Source of the DNA: Felis catus
Taxonomy: Eukaryota
DNA length: 64,000 nt
Direction: 5' to 3'
Assembly (NCBI RefSeq): GCF_018350175.1
Contig: NC_058383.1
Span: 28,522,001 to 28,586,000 of the forward strand
Below the pieces are notes generated by a model that did not search any database, was not told where the DNA came from, and was given only the letters and a program-made list of their open reading frames with translations. The position numbers and the translations under genes were made by a program. Numbering within the stretch: the stretch's first letter is position 1; each line of letters starts with the position of its first letter. This document shows, one piece after another, positions 12,214 to 27,619 of this stretch.

Positions 12214-13171
12214 CTGCAGAGAAACGTGCTTTCATCCTTCAGGTTCAAGAGCAGACCTCCCCTCTCCCCAGAGCCTGTACACAGACAATAACCTCAAACG
12301 GGGGTTCTCGAACTGTGTTGTAGGGCGGGAGTTCCAAGAGTGGGGCCCTGAAGGAACCCCGCGTGCATCCGCCCTTTAGAGCCACTGGCCTAAGACAGTT
12401 AGGAGCTTCCTGGAAAATCACCAGCCCTGCCTATGGGAAACGTGAAATCAACTTTCGGGATGATCTACTCTTTTGTTTACCTTTATCAAACGTGCACAGA
12501 GTGGCTTGTGTGGGAGGACTGGGCCTTGTTGGAAACAGACCCCATAAAAACCAAGAGGGCGTTGAGACCGCCCCAGGCTTATCTATTACTCTAACTGTGC
12601 AAAACATTTAAAGAGAAACATGTTTACAGAACAGAAAACCAGAAAACCAAAATCTCAAAGTAAAAACACAAGAAAAGAGTCGCAAGCTTCTATGAAGGCG
12701 CAGCTCTGACTACATACATTCTGGCTGACGACAGGCTGGCAGGAGTTAAATCATGTGATTCGCCAGCATCATTTTAAAAAACACAAGCAACAGCTACACA
12801 GAATACCTGTGTTATTTCTTAAGCACACACAAAAAACCTTTCCCTGTAGTGAAGGTAAAACCTCAAGTCGAGTTCTTTGCTCTAGCCCTTTGAGATGTTG
12901 TCTTTGACTCCCTCATTTAAAAGGAAAAGAACTTTCAAATGTTTCTCAGTTTTCTTAAATTAAGAAAAACATCACAGACACCAGCCAGATTTCCCGAATT
13001 CCAAGGAAAAATGGCAGGGGAAGAAATATATGCACAGAAGTCAAAGGGCTGATGGAGTCAGAGCTCTGGGTGTTTGTCAACAACAAGGCCCACAGGAGCT
13101 CGAATGACGCTAGGGGACGCTAGGGGACGCTCTGTTACAGGGGAAAGGAACCAGTAAAGTCGCCCCTCTCA

Positions 13172-13375
<204 letters not shown>

Positions 13376-13699
13376 TCATGTCCTTACATGTGGAACCCCG
13401 GTGAGGGGGCAGGGAGGCTAATCCCCACGCTCTGATCCTGGATGCTGCCCGTTTCACTCAAAAGTTAACTAACCCGCGAGGAGTCTATGGGATGACTGAC
13501 CTTTTGCAGCCTTACAATGACTGTATTAACTGTTCACCTTTACACGTCACTCTTTTAAATCAAAATCCAAACAAGTCTTCTTGAAATTCTACGAATTCCA
13601 TACAGTTAATGAACATGAATAGCATCCAAGCAAACCACATCTGGAAGGGTCTTAACTCTCCACAGCCTCTCTCCTCCAAGCAGGAGCCGGGGACCAGAG

Positions 13700-14090
13700 G
13701 CACCAGGATCACTGGGGTGCTGGTTAGGGCATAGGATCTCGGGTCCTGCCCAGACCCGCTCAATCTCAGGTGCATTTGAACGAGATGCCCCGCTGAGTCA
13801 CGTGCATACTAAAGTGTGGAAAACACTGCTCTAGATGGGCATTCTGGAAATCTCACCAGTCTCTTCATCCCAGGGGACGAGCCTAGGGATATGGCAGGAA
13901 CAGGGAGTGTGAGCTCTGGAGCCAGCTGGCCTGAGTCTGAATCTCAGCTCTGCTATTTACCGCCCATATGACTTGAGGCGAGCTACTTTCCTCAGGGCCT
14001 CAGTCTCCTCATCCGTCAAATGGGGACGGCACCTGGGCCAGTACTAAGAATTCAGTGAGGTCACACATATGCAAAGCACTTTAAGCATAG
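13700..14090. mobile_element. MER5A-like hAT remnant (~13700-13833) and MIR (~13900-14090)
   Basis: Recognisable motifs (gcatactaaagtgtggaaaacactg; cctcagtctcctcatccgtcaaatgggg); boundaries approximate. Confidence 0.6.
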
Positions 14091-14535
14091 CGGCTAACTA
14101 GCCCACACGGAGCACTAGTAGCTGCCTACTGTTATTTCCTATTAAGCAGCCTGATAACAGCCTCTGTGAATCAGCAGAGGAGCTGGGGCAAAATCTCCAA
14201 TTTCTCGTTGTTGGGTTTTTTGTTTTTTTTTTTTTTAACCATGCACCCCAGGCTACACCAGCTCCAGTTCTAGACACACGTCTCACTAGACCCACAAAAC
14301 GTTTTCTAAATTTTTTATCTGATCATTGGAATTTTAAATTTAGGAGAGTTCACGTTCAACAAGAGGATTTTCTGGCTTCTGATGAAGAACGGAAAGGTCC
14401 GCTAATGCTGGGCCCACATGTCACGGGGTGGGAGCAAGTGGCAGCCGCCCCTGGGAAGAAGCTTCCATTGTCCAGCTCACTGCAGACTCCACCGCTCCCT
14501 GCTGCCTCACACCCGAGCTCTTCCAGTTTGTCTCA

Positions 14536-14997
<462 letters not shown>

Positions 14998-15048
14998 CTA
15001 GCAGGCTTGTGAAACTACACGATTTTGTAATAAAACCAAAAAGGTTTA

Positions 15049-15384
15049 GGGGCACCTGGCTGGTTCAGCCGGTAGAACATGTGACTGTTTTTTTTTTAAT
15101 GTTTTGTTTATTTTTAATACAGAGAGTGAGCATGAGTGGGGAGGGGCAGAGAGAGAGGGAGACACAGAATCCGAAGTGGGTTCCAGGCTCTGAACCATCA
15201 GCACAGAGCCCAACGCGGGGCTTGAACTCACGAACTATGAGATCATGACCTGAGCCAAAGTTGGAAGCTTAACCAACTGAGCCACCCAGGTGCCCCTAGA
15301 ACGTGTGACTCTTGATCTCAGGGTTGTGAGTTCAAGCCCCATGATGGGCATGGAGCCTACTTAAAAATAAAAACAAAACAAAAA
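15049..15384. mobile_element. Short tRNA-Lys-like SINE (+) with a minus-strand SINE nested at 15087-15296
   Basis: Outer TSD CAAAAAGGTTTA; inner TSD TAGAAC(A/G)TGTGACT. Confidence 0.85.
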
Positions 15385-16289
15385 CAAAAAGGTTTAAAAT
15401 TTTTGAAAAACTATGGCATTGATAGATACACTAATGCTTTACTTGCTTCAAGATATTTCCAGCTCAACAGGGTATACAGCATACGAAGGGAAAAGACAAC
15501 TTTCCCCACCAACCCCCATATGGGCCTCTTGACTCATTATCACTATAATATGGGGGAGATATTTTCAATCCTTTTTTCTCTACGTTTTCAGACGTACAGT
15601 TTATCTATTATCTATTAAGCGTATGTTAGGAATAATTCTTACTAAGTGTAAACAGAAACACGTTTACGGTCTATGATTTATCTTCCTTCAACGGTAGGCC
15701 TTAATCTAGCCATATTCACATCTATACCTTATTTGTTTTAACAACTGTTTAATGTTCCATAAAACAAAACGAATCTCTGTCATTTATTTAACCACTGCAG
15801 AACTACCTTTCAGACTTGCAGTTTTCTTCTTTTTAATCCCCCTTCTACTGGCTATACATTAGAAACTAAATTAGTGTTAGGAACAATTAATTGGGATGTT
15901 TAAGAAGTTCTTCTGCACCCAGATCTACCCCAGAACTGCAAACTTCCACGGAGCAAATGCTGATGGGAATTCAGAGCTGGAAACCACTGCCTCGGCTGCC
16001 ATCAGGTCCGAGAAACAATGGGCTAGCTAGCAATTCCATCAAGACTTTTCTCCCCACAAAACTCTTACAGTCCTGCTGAACAAAAAGCCAGTGGTGGTTT
16101 GAATACCCACAGAGGGTCTTTACAGGGTCAGACATCTGACAATTCTTACCGTGGGGCGGGGACAAGGCCTGCCCAGTGTGGTTCTACGCCCTCTGACTAG
16201 GGCAGGTCACAGATTTCCAGCAAAGGTAACACTGGGCAACATTGGAGGAGAAGCTGTTCTCAGGTAGGGAGAGGGGAAAACACCGGTCA

Positions 16290-16736
<447 letters not shown>

Positions 16737-16849
16737 TCAGGACAACATACAGGGTCCAAATGCCAGGAGAGCAAACTCCCATCTCCTCCTGGAGACTCAA
16801 AATGCAAATCAGTGTTCCAAATACCCTACTAAAATAAAACTGTGTACCG

Positions 16850-16916
16850 TTTTTAAAGTTTTTTATTTATGTATTTTTTTAAGAGAGAGAACGCAAGCAG
16901 GGGAAGGGGAGGGGGA

Positions 16917-16976
<60 letters not shown>

Positions 16977-17110
16977 CACACAAAATCCCAAGCAGGCCCC
17001 ACGCTCAGCACAGAGCCCAACACAGAGCTCAGTCCCACGACTCCGGGATCATGGCCTCAGCCAAAATCAAGAGTTGGACGCTCAACTGACTGAGACACCC
17101 AGGAGCCCCA
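16850..17110 (-). mobile_element. SINE with an expanded (GA)n microsatellite at 16921-16966
   Basis: SINE consensus in reverse; long GA run. Confidence 0.85.
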
Positions 17111-17389
17111 AGTTTTTTTTAAATATAAAACTTGAGTATTCCAGAACTTTATTCATTCTATAATAATGACTGGGGCCTCACCTCTATCTCATCTGATTTT
17201 AACACCCAAATGTTCAGCATTTGGCAAAAATGTGAATACATACATATAGAGGGAGAGAGAGAGAGTGCACACGAGAGTGAGAAATGTAAGAAAGAAATGT
17301 AAGAAAAAAAAAGAAAACCCAGGCTAACAGCTGTTTAAACCCTGCCCTGCCACTGTGACTGATCGACTAGAGAGAGATCAGAGAACTTG

Positions 17390-20300
17390 ACAGTAACGAA
17401 TACATCACACAAAGCTGCAAGACAAATGACAAATTCTCAATATTTTCAATCCACATCAACAAATATATAAAAGGTCTCCTAGAAATGAGAAGCAACCAGC
17501 AACCCAAGTTTAAAAAAAAAAAAAAGGCAAAGTTCAGAGAAAAAGAAACAAATCATTCTTAAAAATATGAGAAGGAATCTATGTCAGGCAGAATTCAGAA
17601 ATGTATCCACTGGGCCCTGACTAGATTGGCAGAAATGTGAAGTCTGAAAACCACTCTGTGTGGGAAGCTGTGTGGAAAACAAGACACGTAGCTGCTGGGA
17701 ATGTAAAGCGATGTAACTACAGAGAGAACAATCGGGCAACAACTATCAAAATCACGCATGCGTCTATCCCTTTACCCTGCAATTTCACTTCTGGGGATTT
17801 ATTCTCCAGATAAACATCTGTGCAAGCAGTGTTCATCATTCATCACAGCAATGCTGATCACCGCACAAGAATGCAAATGTAGCAGCTATCCATCCACAGG
17901 GGACTGGACAAATAAAGTATTATGTATTATGCAATACCAACCATACAATAGGATATTATGCACTTGGGGGGAAAAAAAGAACAAAGAATTCTCTGTGTCC
18001 TGATACAGAAAGATCCCCAAGATCTACTGTTGTATGAAAGAAGATGTACAACAGCGTGTATAGAATGCTGTTGGGGAGGAGAGTAGGGATAACACCAATT
18101 TCTATTTTTATTTGCCTGAATTTGCATAAAAAAACTCTACCCTTTGTGTATTATTTTTCAACCACGTGAATGGTAGACTGGCTCCCATGAGAAGTGGTCC
18201 CAATTCTCCCTCCCTTCTTGCATCCACATCCTTGCCACGGCCTGTGAGTGAAATGTACTTTCCCTGCTCTGGACTTGAGCCACATGACTTGCTTTGATCA
18301 ACGAAATCTGGGTGGACTTTGCATCTTCGGAAGTTTTCTGCCTACAGCTCCAGTGATGGAATCCACCCCACATGGGAGCCCCAAATTCTCTTCCCACGTC
18401 TCTGGCTAACACTGGGACCATGCATCTGCACAGTGGCCTTGAAGCAGCCCTGAGGTAACCTACATGGTTAGAATTAGCAGAAAAAGACTTCAAAGTAGTT
18501 TCTTTAGCTATGCTCAAGGATATAAAGAGAAACCACAGTAGAGGAATGGAAATCACTTTTTTTTTTTTAGAGGAAATTCTAGAACTGAAAATACAATCTC
18601 TGAAAGCTCTATTGGAATTGGCTTATCAGCAGACTGGAGAGAAAGGTGCAGCGAACTTGAAACCAGATCAACAGAAATTATCCAATTTGAAGAACCGAAA
18701 GAAAAAATATTAGAGGAAAAAAATAATAAAAGGACCAGAGCCTCAGAGACCTGTGTGGCAATTATCAAAACGACTGATGTGTGTAGTTGGGGTCCCAGAA
18801 GGACAGAGGACAGAGAGAATGGGCCAGCGCAAATCTTTGAGAAATCATGACCCAAGTGAAATCTGTCAAGAGAGATGTACAGACTAAAGAAGCCCAGCAA
18901 ATCCCCGTCAAGATAAATACATATAGGGGCGCCTGGTTGGCTCAGCCAAAGAGCATCCAACTGTTGATCTCAGGGTCACCAGTTTGAGCCCCACATTGGG
19001 TATTGAGAATCACTGAAGGAAATGAAAAAAATCTATTCTGGTTAAATCCAACACTTAAAAAAAAAAAAGACACGTATATAAAACCGAGGCACATCATAAT
19101 CAAACTGCTGCCAACAAAAAATCAAGAGAAAAATCTGAGAGCAGCTAGGAAAAAAACACATTATATACTGGGGAGTGACCACTCAAATGACCACTGACTT
19201 GTGACCTAAAGCAAGGAAACCAGAAAACCAGTGGAAGAACCCACCGAAAGAAAAACACACAACAGCTGTCAACCCAGAATTCTACATCCAGTGGACAAGA
19301 ATGAAGGCAGGGGTGCCTGGGGGGACTCAGTCGGTTAAGCACCCGACTTCAGCTCAGGTCATGATCTCATGGTTCACGAGTTAGAGCCCCGCATCGGGTT
19401 CTGTGCTGACTGTGCGGGGTCTGCTTGGGATTCTCTCTCTCCCTTTCTCTCTGCTCCTCCCCCACTCTCTCTAAAACAAATAAACCTAAAAAAAAGAAGA
19501 AGAGAATGAAGGCAAAAGACCCCTGGAGATAAACTAAAACAAGGAGACTTCACCATCAGCAGACCTTCGCTATAAGAAATCTTAAGGGAAAGGGCGCCTG
19601 GGCGGCTAGGTTAAGTGTCTTTCAGCTCAGGTCACGATCTCGTGGTTCTTGAGTTACAGCCTGACATCGGGCTCTGTGCACACAGCTCAGAGCCTGGAGC
19701 TTCTTCAGATTCTGTGTCTCCCTCTCTGCCCCTCCCCACTCATGCTCTGTCTCTGCCTCTCAAAAATAAATATACATAAAAAAATTTTTTTTTAAAAAGA
19801 AAAAAAAAGAAAGAAATCCTAAGGGAACTTCTTCAAGCCCCAAGGGAGGGGATACCAGAGGGAAATCCAGATCCTCAGGAAGGAATGAACCCAAAATGGT
19901 AAATATGTGGGTAAATATAAAAGGCTATCTTTTTACTCTCTTCATTTCTTTAAAATATACTTGGCTTTTTAGGGGCACCTGGGTGGCTCGGTCGACTTCA
20001 GCTCAGGTCATGATCTCACCCTTCCTGAGTTTGAGCCCCGAGCTATGCTGACAGCTCAGAGCCTGGAGCCTGCCTTCGATTCTGGGTCTCCGTCTCTCTC
20101 GGCCCCTCCCCCACTAACGCTCTGTCTCTTTCAAAAACAAACATTAAACAAATTTTTTTTTTTAATAAAATCAAATACACTTGGCTTTTTATTTTATTAC
20201 ATTTTTTTTTCAACGTTTTTTATTTATTTTTGGGACAGAGAAAGACAGAGCATGAACGGGGGAGGGGCAGAGAGAGAGGGAGACACAGAATCGGAAACAG

Positions 20301-20780
20301 GCTCCAGGCTCCGAGCCATCAGCCCAGAGCCTGACGCGGGGCTTGAACTCACAGACCGCGAGATCGTGACCTGGCTGAAGTCAGACGCTTAACCGACTGC
20401 GCCACCCAGGCGTCCCTCACACTTGACTTTTTAAAGCCAAATCGATAGCTATGCATTTCAGAATCTACGGCATTTGTAGACATAGCAGTATTACAAGTAT
20501 AGCATAAAGTTCAAGGATGGTAAAAATCAAACTGTAAGGTTGCAAGGCTGTTGCATTTTACTTGAAGTGGTACAGCGAAGTGATCCTAAAGCAACCGCTA
20601 AAAAGTAACACAGGAGCCTGTGGGGGCAACACAAAGCTTCCCCATCTTAACAAGAGTGTGGGTCGCGGGAGCGTATATGCCATTTGCCCAAACTGATGGG
20701 ACCTGTACGCTAAAAATCTGTGCATGCCACTATATGCAATATATATCTAATTTTTAATGTGTTTCCATTAAAAAAAAGGG
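17390..20780 (+). mobile_element. Fragmented ancient L1 (3'-end-like and ORF1-like pieces) with an inserted MaLR-like LTR piece (~18140-18460) and five SINEs (~18925, 19310, 19591, 19972, 20192)
   Basis: A-rich strand, ORF1-like peptide PRHIIIKLL...KNLRAAR, L1 3' motifs; no intact ORF. Confidence 0.7.
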
Positions 20781-20877
20781 GGGGGGCTGGCACAGAGTAG
20801 TTTTTCAATAAATTTTAGTTATCATTGGTAGTATTCTGCTCAGCAACAGAATGTCAGTTTACAAAATACCGTTCTTT

Positions 20878-21118
20878 GGGGGCACCTCGGTGGTTCAGTT
20901 GGTTGAGCACCCTACATCGGCTCAGGTTAGGGGGCGCCTGGGTGGTTCAGTTGGTTGAGCACCCTGCATCGGCTCAGGTCACGATCTCACAGTTTGTGTG
21001 TTCAAGCCCCCACATCGGGCTCTCTGCTGTTAGAGGTGGAGCCCACTTTGGATCTTTGTCCCCCTCTGCCTGCCCCTCCCCTGTTCGTACTCTCAAAAGT
21101 AAATAAACATTTGCAAAG
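20878..21118 (+). mobile_element. SINE with a tandemly duplicated 5' head
   Basis: Two successive gggg(c/g)...ggtggttcagttggttgagcaccct heads; TSD AAATAC(C/T)GTTCTTT. Confidence 0.85.
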
Positions 21119-21522
21119 AAATACTGTTCTTTGAACACACTTACCTTAGGGTGGTAATGAGCACATGTGTGCCTTTCTGCCTGGAATGTTCTCACCTCAT
21201 ACTCTTCCCCTGGGTCATGCATATACATCCCCCTGGTCTTAGCCTAACTGCCACTTCCACTGGGAAGCCTTGCCTGACATTTACCCACTGATGGTGTAAC
21301 TTCTGTGTCCACTTAAGTACCCCCATCGCACCTGAACTTGCAGCACTTACTGCTGTCATCAAGTTGCACTGATATGTCTTTTGTCTGTCTCCTGGACGGT
21401 CACTGGCTTGGTGTGGCTCATGGCTGAATCCTCTAGACTCAACACGGTGCTTGGCACCCACGTGCTGGGAGCCAACAGCAGAGAAAAAAGGCTCCCAAAC
21501 CCGTTTCTCCTTCCCGACGTAC

Positions 21523-21671
21523 CGTTTTGCTCTTTCCAAGTCATCGTTGGCTTGCTCCAGCTCTCTGATGTATTTCTGAAGTTGATCCTTGATTGCTTTG
21601 GTCTGGGCGAGGTCATCCTCTAAGGCTGAGATCTGCCGGTGGCCTTCAGAGTGCTGCGTTTCAAACTTGTC
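21523..21671 (-). CDS. NDE1: NDE1 exon 4 [50 protein letters not shown]
   Basis: cttcag| and CG|gtacgt; 149 nt; coiled coil of the LIS1-binding region. Confidence 0.97.
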
Positions 21672-22780
21672 CTGAAGATCAAAATCGACACTGAGTGTGT
21701 GATTTAAGACTTCTGATAAGCTATGTTTATCTCCCTTCCCTGGCATTGCCTTAAAATACCGAGGATTACTCCTGGACTGTGCCCACTCCTGTTGTCATGG
21801 GCGCTGTTGCTTCTAGCTCATGAGCATCCGTACCTCCCCGTGTGCACAGCCCGTCAGAGCCCTGATTTAAGGGATTTAGCTCCTCCTTAGTATAGGATCT
21901 TTATGGGGCCATTCTTCCTATCACTCCCCAAGGTGGCTCCAGACAGCCTCGCGGCCACCCACAACCAGGGGACAAGCCTAACCTCAGTCAGTAGAACCTT
22001 CTCTCCACATACACGGACTCTGAAGCAAAGGAGGGCAGATGGCAAGAACGGGGCCACCGCTCAAAGCTCTTATGTACCAAGTACTTCCTGCCTCCCAGCC
22101 CACTAGCACCTTGCACCACCCTGCCCCCTCCCAAACTTGGTCCCTGCAGCCTCTGGGTAAGAAGCCCCCAACGATCTTCAAAGCCATCATTTTGTTCAAG
22201 GGCATCCACACAGCCACAGAAAACCACATAAATGTCTCCAAGCAACATCCACAGGGCAATACAGATCCACCTCACGTGACATCCCTGGATTACATGTAAG
22301 GAATCACAACAGCTTTGGTTGCTGCTGCCTCGTAACAAGAGCAGAAAACCATGTGCTTAGTTTGATAACTGTTCTAACTTTATGTCGAGACTCCCCGTGT
22401 AGCATGGGGGTTTGAAAGGGATTTGGGGACCTTTGGGGGAGGAAGGGAAGAAGGGAGGGAAGCAAGGAAGCAAGGGAAGGGAAGCAAAGGAAGGAAGCAA
22501 ACAAAAAAACCCCACAACCTGTTACTTATCACCAAAAGTAGCTTCATGTGATTTGACTAGTACTTTCCAAGGAAGGAACAGTCAACTGCAGCAGCTAACA
22601 TTCATCGCATGCTTACTCTGGGCCAGCTTCTGGGCTCAGGACCGTGCTTACGATGCCTCGCTGAATGCCATTTCGGAGATGTGAATGGAGCCTACCCCAT
22701 TAGCCCAAAGTCAACTGGTAGCAAATGCCTGAGCCTAGATCCAACCTGGGCCACTGGGGCTGGTGCTTTTCCTTTTTTCG

Positions 22781-23230
22781 CTTTTTTTTTTTAATGTTTG
22801 TTTATTTTTGAGAGAGAAAAAGAGACAGAGACAGAGCATGAGTAGGGGAGAGGAGAGACAGAGGGAGACACAGAATCTGAAACAGGGTCCAGGCTCCGAG
22901 CTGTCAGGCCAGAGCCTGATGCGGGACTCAAATTCACAAACTGCAAGATCATGACCTGAGCTGAAGTCAGACGCTTAACAGACAGAGCCACCCAGGCGCC
23001 CTGGGGCTTATGCTGTTAAGGAAACTGTGCTAACGGCACCACTTACTTCAGCTCAGGTCATGGTCTCAAGGTCCATGGGTTTGACCCCTGTGTTCGGCTC
23101 TGTGCTGACAGCTTGTGGCCTGGAGCCTGCTTTGGATTCAGTGTCTCCCTCTCTCTCTCCCTTCCCCCGCTCACGCTCTCTCAAAATAATAAACAAACAA
23201 AAAAATTAAGAACAAAAAAAACAAAGAAAC
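22781..23230. mobile_element. Divergent SINE pair (minus 22781-23001; plus, 5'-truncated ~23040-23230)
   Basis: SINE consensus on each strand. Confidence 0.85.
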
Positions 23231-23279
23231 AACTATGCTAAAGTGCCCTCAACCATTTCATTACAGGTCACATAGGTGT

Positions 23280-23281
<2 letters not shown>

Positions 23282-23322
<41 letters not shown>
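23282..23322. repeat. (CA)20 microsatellite
   Basis: Perfect dinucleotide run. Confidence 0.97.
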
Positions 23323-23323
<1 letters not shown>

Positions 23324-24149
23324 TCTGCTCTGTCTCCTTTCCCAAATTACCTTCCTTCACCAAACACCCTTACTGCTTTCCCTTCATCTACAACACAAAA
23401 GAAAACACTTCCCATAGGAAAGGCCCAAAGTCAAACTGGAAAGTTTGAACAACAAACTCTTCTTGACTCAATTGAGTCAACAAAGGCGTTGCTAGATACA
23501 GTCTGGATGCACAGGGAGAATGACACAATGGTGCCCAGGCCAGAGAGGCGTGGCGAGAGCCCTGTGAAAGACACACTCCCACAGAACAAGCAGATTATTT
23601 ACAGGGTGAGGACACAGAGGCCATTCCACATCCTCACGCTGTCCGGTCCCCTCTGATACTCTGTTTCCTGGCCAGTCCCCTCTGATAGTGTCTCCTGGCC
23701 GCAGCAGAGGAAGCATCCCCGCTCAGTCAAGGAGGGGCAGACCAAGATCCACACAGGGGCCAGTTCCCAGGCCTGGCTCTCACGGCCTCACACCCTTTAT
23801 TTGTGTGCATCTCCAAATAAAACAGGAAGGCATGGGATCCTAGGTCATTAACCTAAATTCAAACACAGGTTCAAGAAGATGCAGTTAACGGGCCTCTCCA
23901 CCAGCATTCAGATTCAAATGATGTCCTTTGAACTTGCAGACATGAAAAGCTGTTGCTACATGTTGTGCTTTCATTTGGCGCTAATTATTATAAGCGGTCA
24001 GTTGATGGAGCCATAAACAGACGCTCTGTTTGATCCCTTACAGGCTTTTACATTCGACTTGTGATGAATAAGCCAGTTGTCAAGAAGTCTGACACAGCCG
24101 AATACATTCCCCTTAGGTGACTGACAAATAGGTGCTGGTGGCAGTTTTT

Positions 24150-24776
24150 ATTTACTTACTTATTTTTTAAAGTAATCTCTACACCCAACGTGGGGTTCGA
24201 ATTCACTACTCCAAGATGAAGGGTCGCACCCTCAGGGCGCCTGGGGGGCTCAGCTGGTTAAGTGTCCGACTCTTGATTTCGGCTCAGGTTTTTGAGTTCA
24301 AGCCCCACGTCAGGCTTTGTGCCAACAGTGTGGAACCTGCTTAGGTTCCCCTTCCCCTCTCAAAAAATAATTTTTTTTTTTAGTTTATTTAAGACTCGTA
24401 TGCTCTGACTCAATTGTGCCAGCCAAGTACCCCAAGGCAAGTAAGTATTCTTCATTCCAAGGTATTTCTATTGCTTCTTCTACTCTATGCTCTGTGCCTC
24501 ATGCATCTGTCATGTGGCTGTCATAAAAATGTCTTCTTGAAGGGGGCGCCTGGGTGGCTCAGTCGGTTGAGTGTCCGACTTCAGCTCAGGTCATGATCTT
24601 GCGGTCTGTGGGTTTGAGCCCCACATCAGGCTCTGTGCTGACAGCTCAGAGCCTGGAGCCTGCTTCGGATTCTGTGTCTCCCTCTCTCTCTGCCCCTCCC
24701 CTGCTCATACTGTGTCTCTCTCTGTCAAAAATAAATAAAACATAAAAAAAAAAAATTAAAAAAAAAAAAAAAAAAA
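24150..24776. mobile_element. SINE cluster (nested pair ~24150-24430; plus-strand SINE 24542-24776)
   Basis: SINE consensus, long A tail. Confidence 0.8.
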
Positions 24777-26336
24777 CGGCTTCCGCAGGTTCAAGGGCTC
24801 AGTCTTGAAACAATTACTTCATCATTGCTCAGTATTAGTCTGCCTCCGTGGAGGGTCTCGTTCCTTCTCCCAACTATCATTTATACTGCTGCTGATCTTC
24901 CCTCCACACAGCTTCCCACCCCGAGTCCGCTTCAGGCTAAGAGCTATAGTGATCCCTCAGTGCTCATGGCAGGGGTCAAATACTAATGCCTGTAGGGGCC
25001 AGGCTGTTTTGAGTTGTGTGGGCCAGGTGTAGGCATAAAGCAAGGGACACTCATTCCTCAGGGTCAGAGACAGAGGTGGGGGACCGTAGTGGGGACTGGG
25101 ATGGACTGGTGAGCACTCAACCATTACTTGGCTTTTCGCTGGGGGGCAGAACGCAGGCCTGGTATGGTCAGATCCTCTGATTCTCAAAGGAAGTCAGAAA
25201 TCCCAATTTTTATAGGAAGCCTCGCAACTTTGGATACTGATGTCAAACATTTAAAAAAAACACTACAGATATAAGTTTTACTATCAAAAGAACGAACTAT
25301 ACACAAAACCTCAACTCTAGCTAACACTAACACGCTGAAGTATTTACAGGGAGGTAAATAGGTATCTGCAAATCACTTTGAAATGCAACAGAAAAGTAGA
25401 CCGAGGGAGGGATAGCTAGGTAATAAGAATCAAGTACAGCAGAGATTACTGGTAGAGCACAGGTGATGGATATACAGACATGTGCTGGAAAATTCTTTCC
25501 ACCTGGCTGTGTGCAAGCAAGCTTTCATAATATGCAGAATAAAGAGCCATTGAAGGCTAAGCAAAAACCGTGCATGTGCGAGAATGACCTGTAGATGGCC
25601 AGCTTGGGGTCTGCGGTCTGCAACATACAACTTGCACTCCACAGCTCAGCTTCTGAGGACTTCAGGGTCTTTCCTCCGCCCCTCCCCATCCCTCAATCCC
25701 CAGTCCATTTGTTGGCCCCGCTGTTTCCCATGAACTCATAAAGCCAGGACTCCCAGGTCTGCTTGACATCTGCTCTCGTCTGTGTCTGTGGAAGGTCCAG
25801 ATTAGCTCTTCCTTAACCCCTCTGCCCCAATCTGCTGGCCACACAAACACAGACGCACACACCCTCTCCTCACCTTCAAACACCAGCTCAAATCCCTCCC
25901 AGCAGCTGCGTCTCCATTGCATACAGACCTTTCTGTGTGAAGCATCTCTTGGCCAGTACTACGTCACGGAGTATCTTTTCCCTAGGTGCTTTTTGGAGTT
26001 AGGTTTGTCTTCCCCACAAAGCTGCCAGAAGGCTGAGAGCACATCTTCCACTATCCACCACACCTCCCCTAGCAGCTCATCAAAATTTACATGGTGAGCT
26101 TTACTAAAAAAAAAAAAAAAAAAAAAGACAGGCAGACATGCCTGTGTCCCCCCACCACAGACTTACTGAGACCAGGACTCTCACGGCAGGGGTGGGTTCA
26201 GGCCTGATACTTACGAAGCTTGCTGGGTGATCCTGCTTATCCGTGAGGGCTGAGAAACTCAGTCTCCGGGGCACAGTGTTAGCGATTATCTGCTAAGCCC
26301 TATAGCATGTCCAAAAGGTAGTCTTTACCCTTTAGA

Positions 26337-27619
<1,283 letters not shown>

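Noticed and set aside
24061..24124. C/D-box snoRNA-like arrangement GTGATGA...CTGA...CTGA
   Set aside because: Antisense to the host NDE1 intron, no convincing terminal stem and no recognisable rRNA guide.
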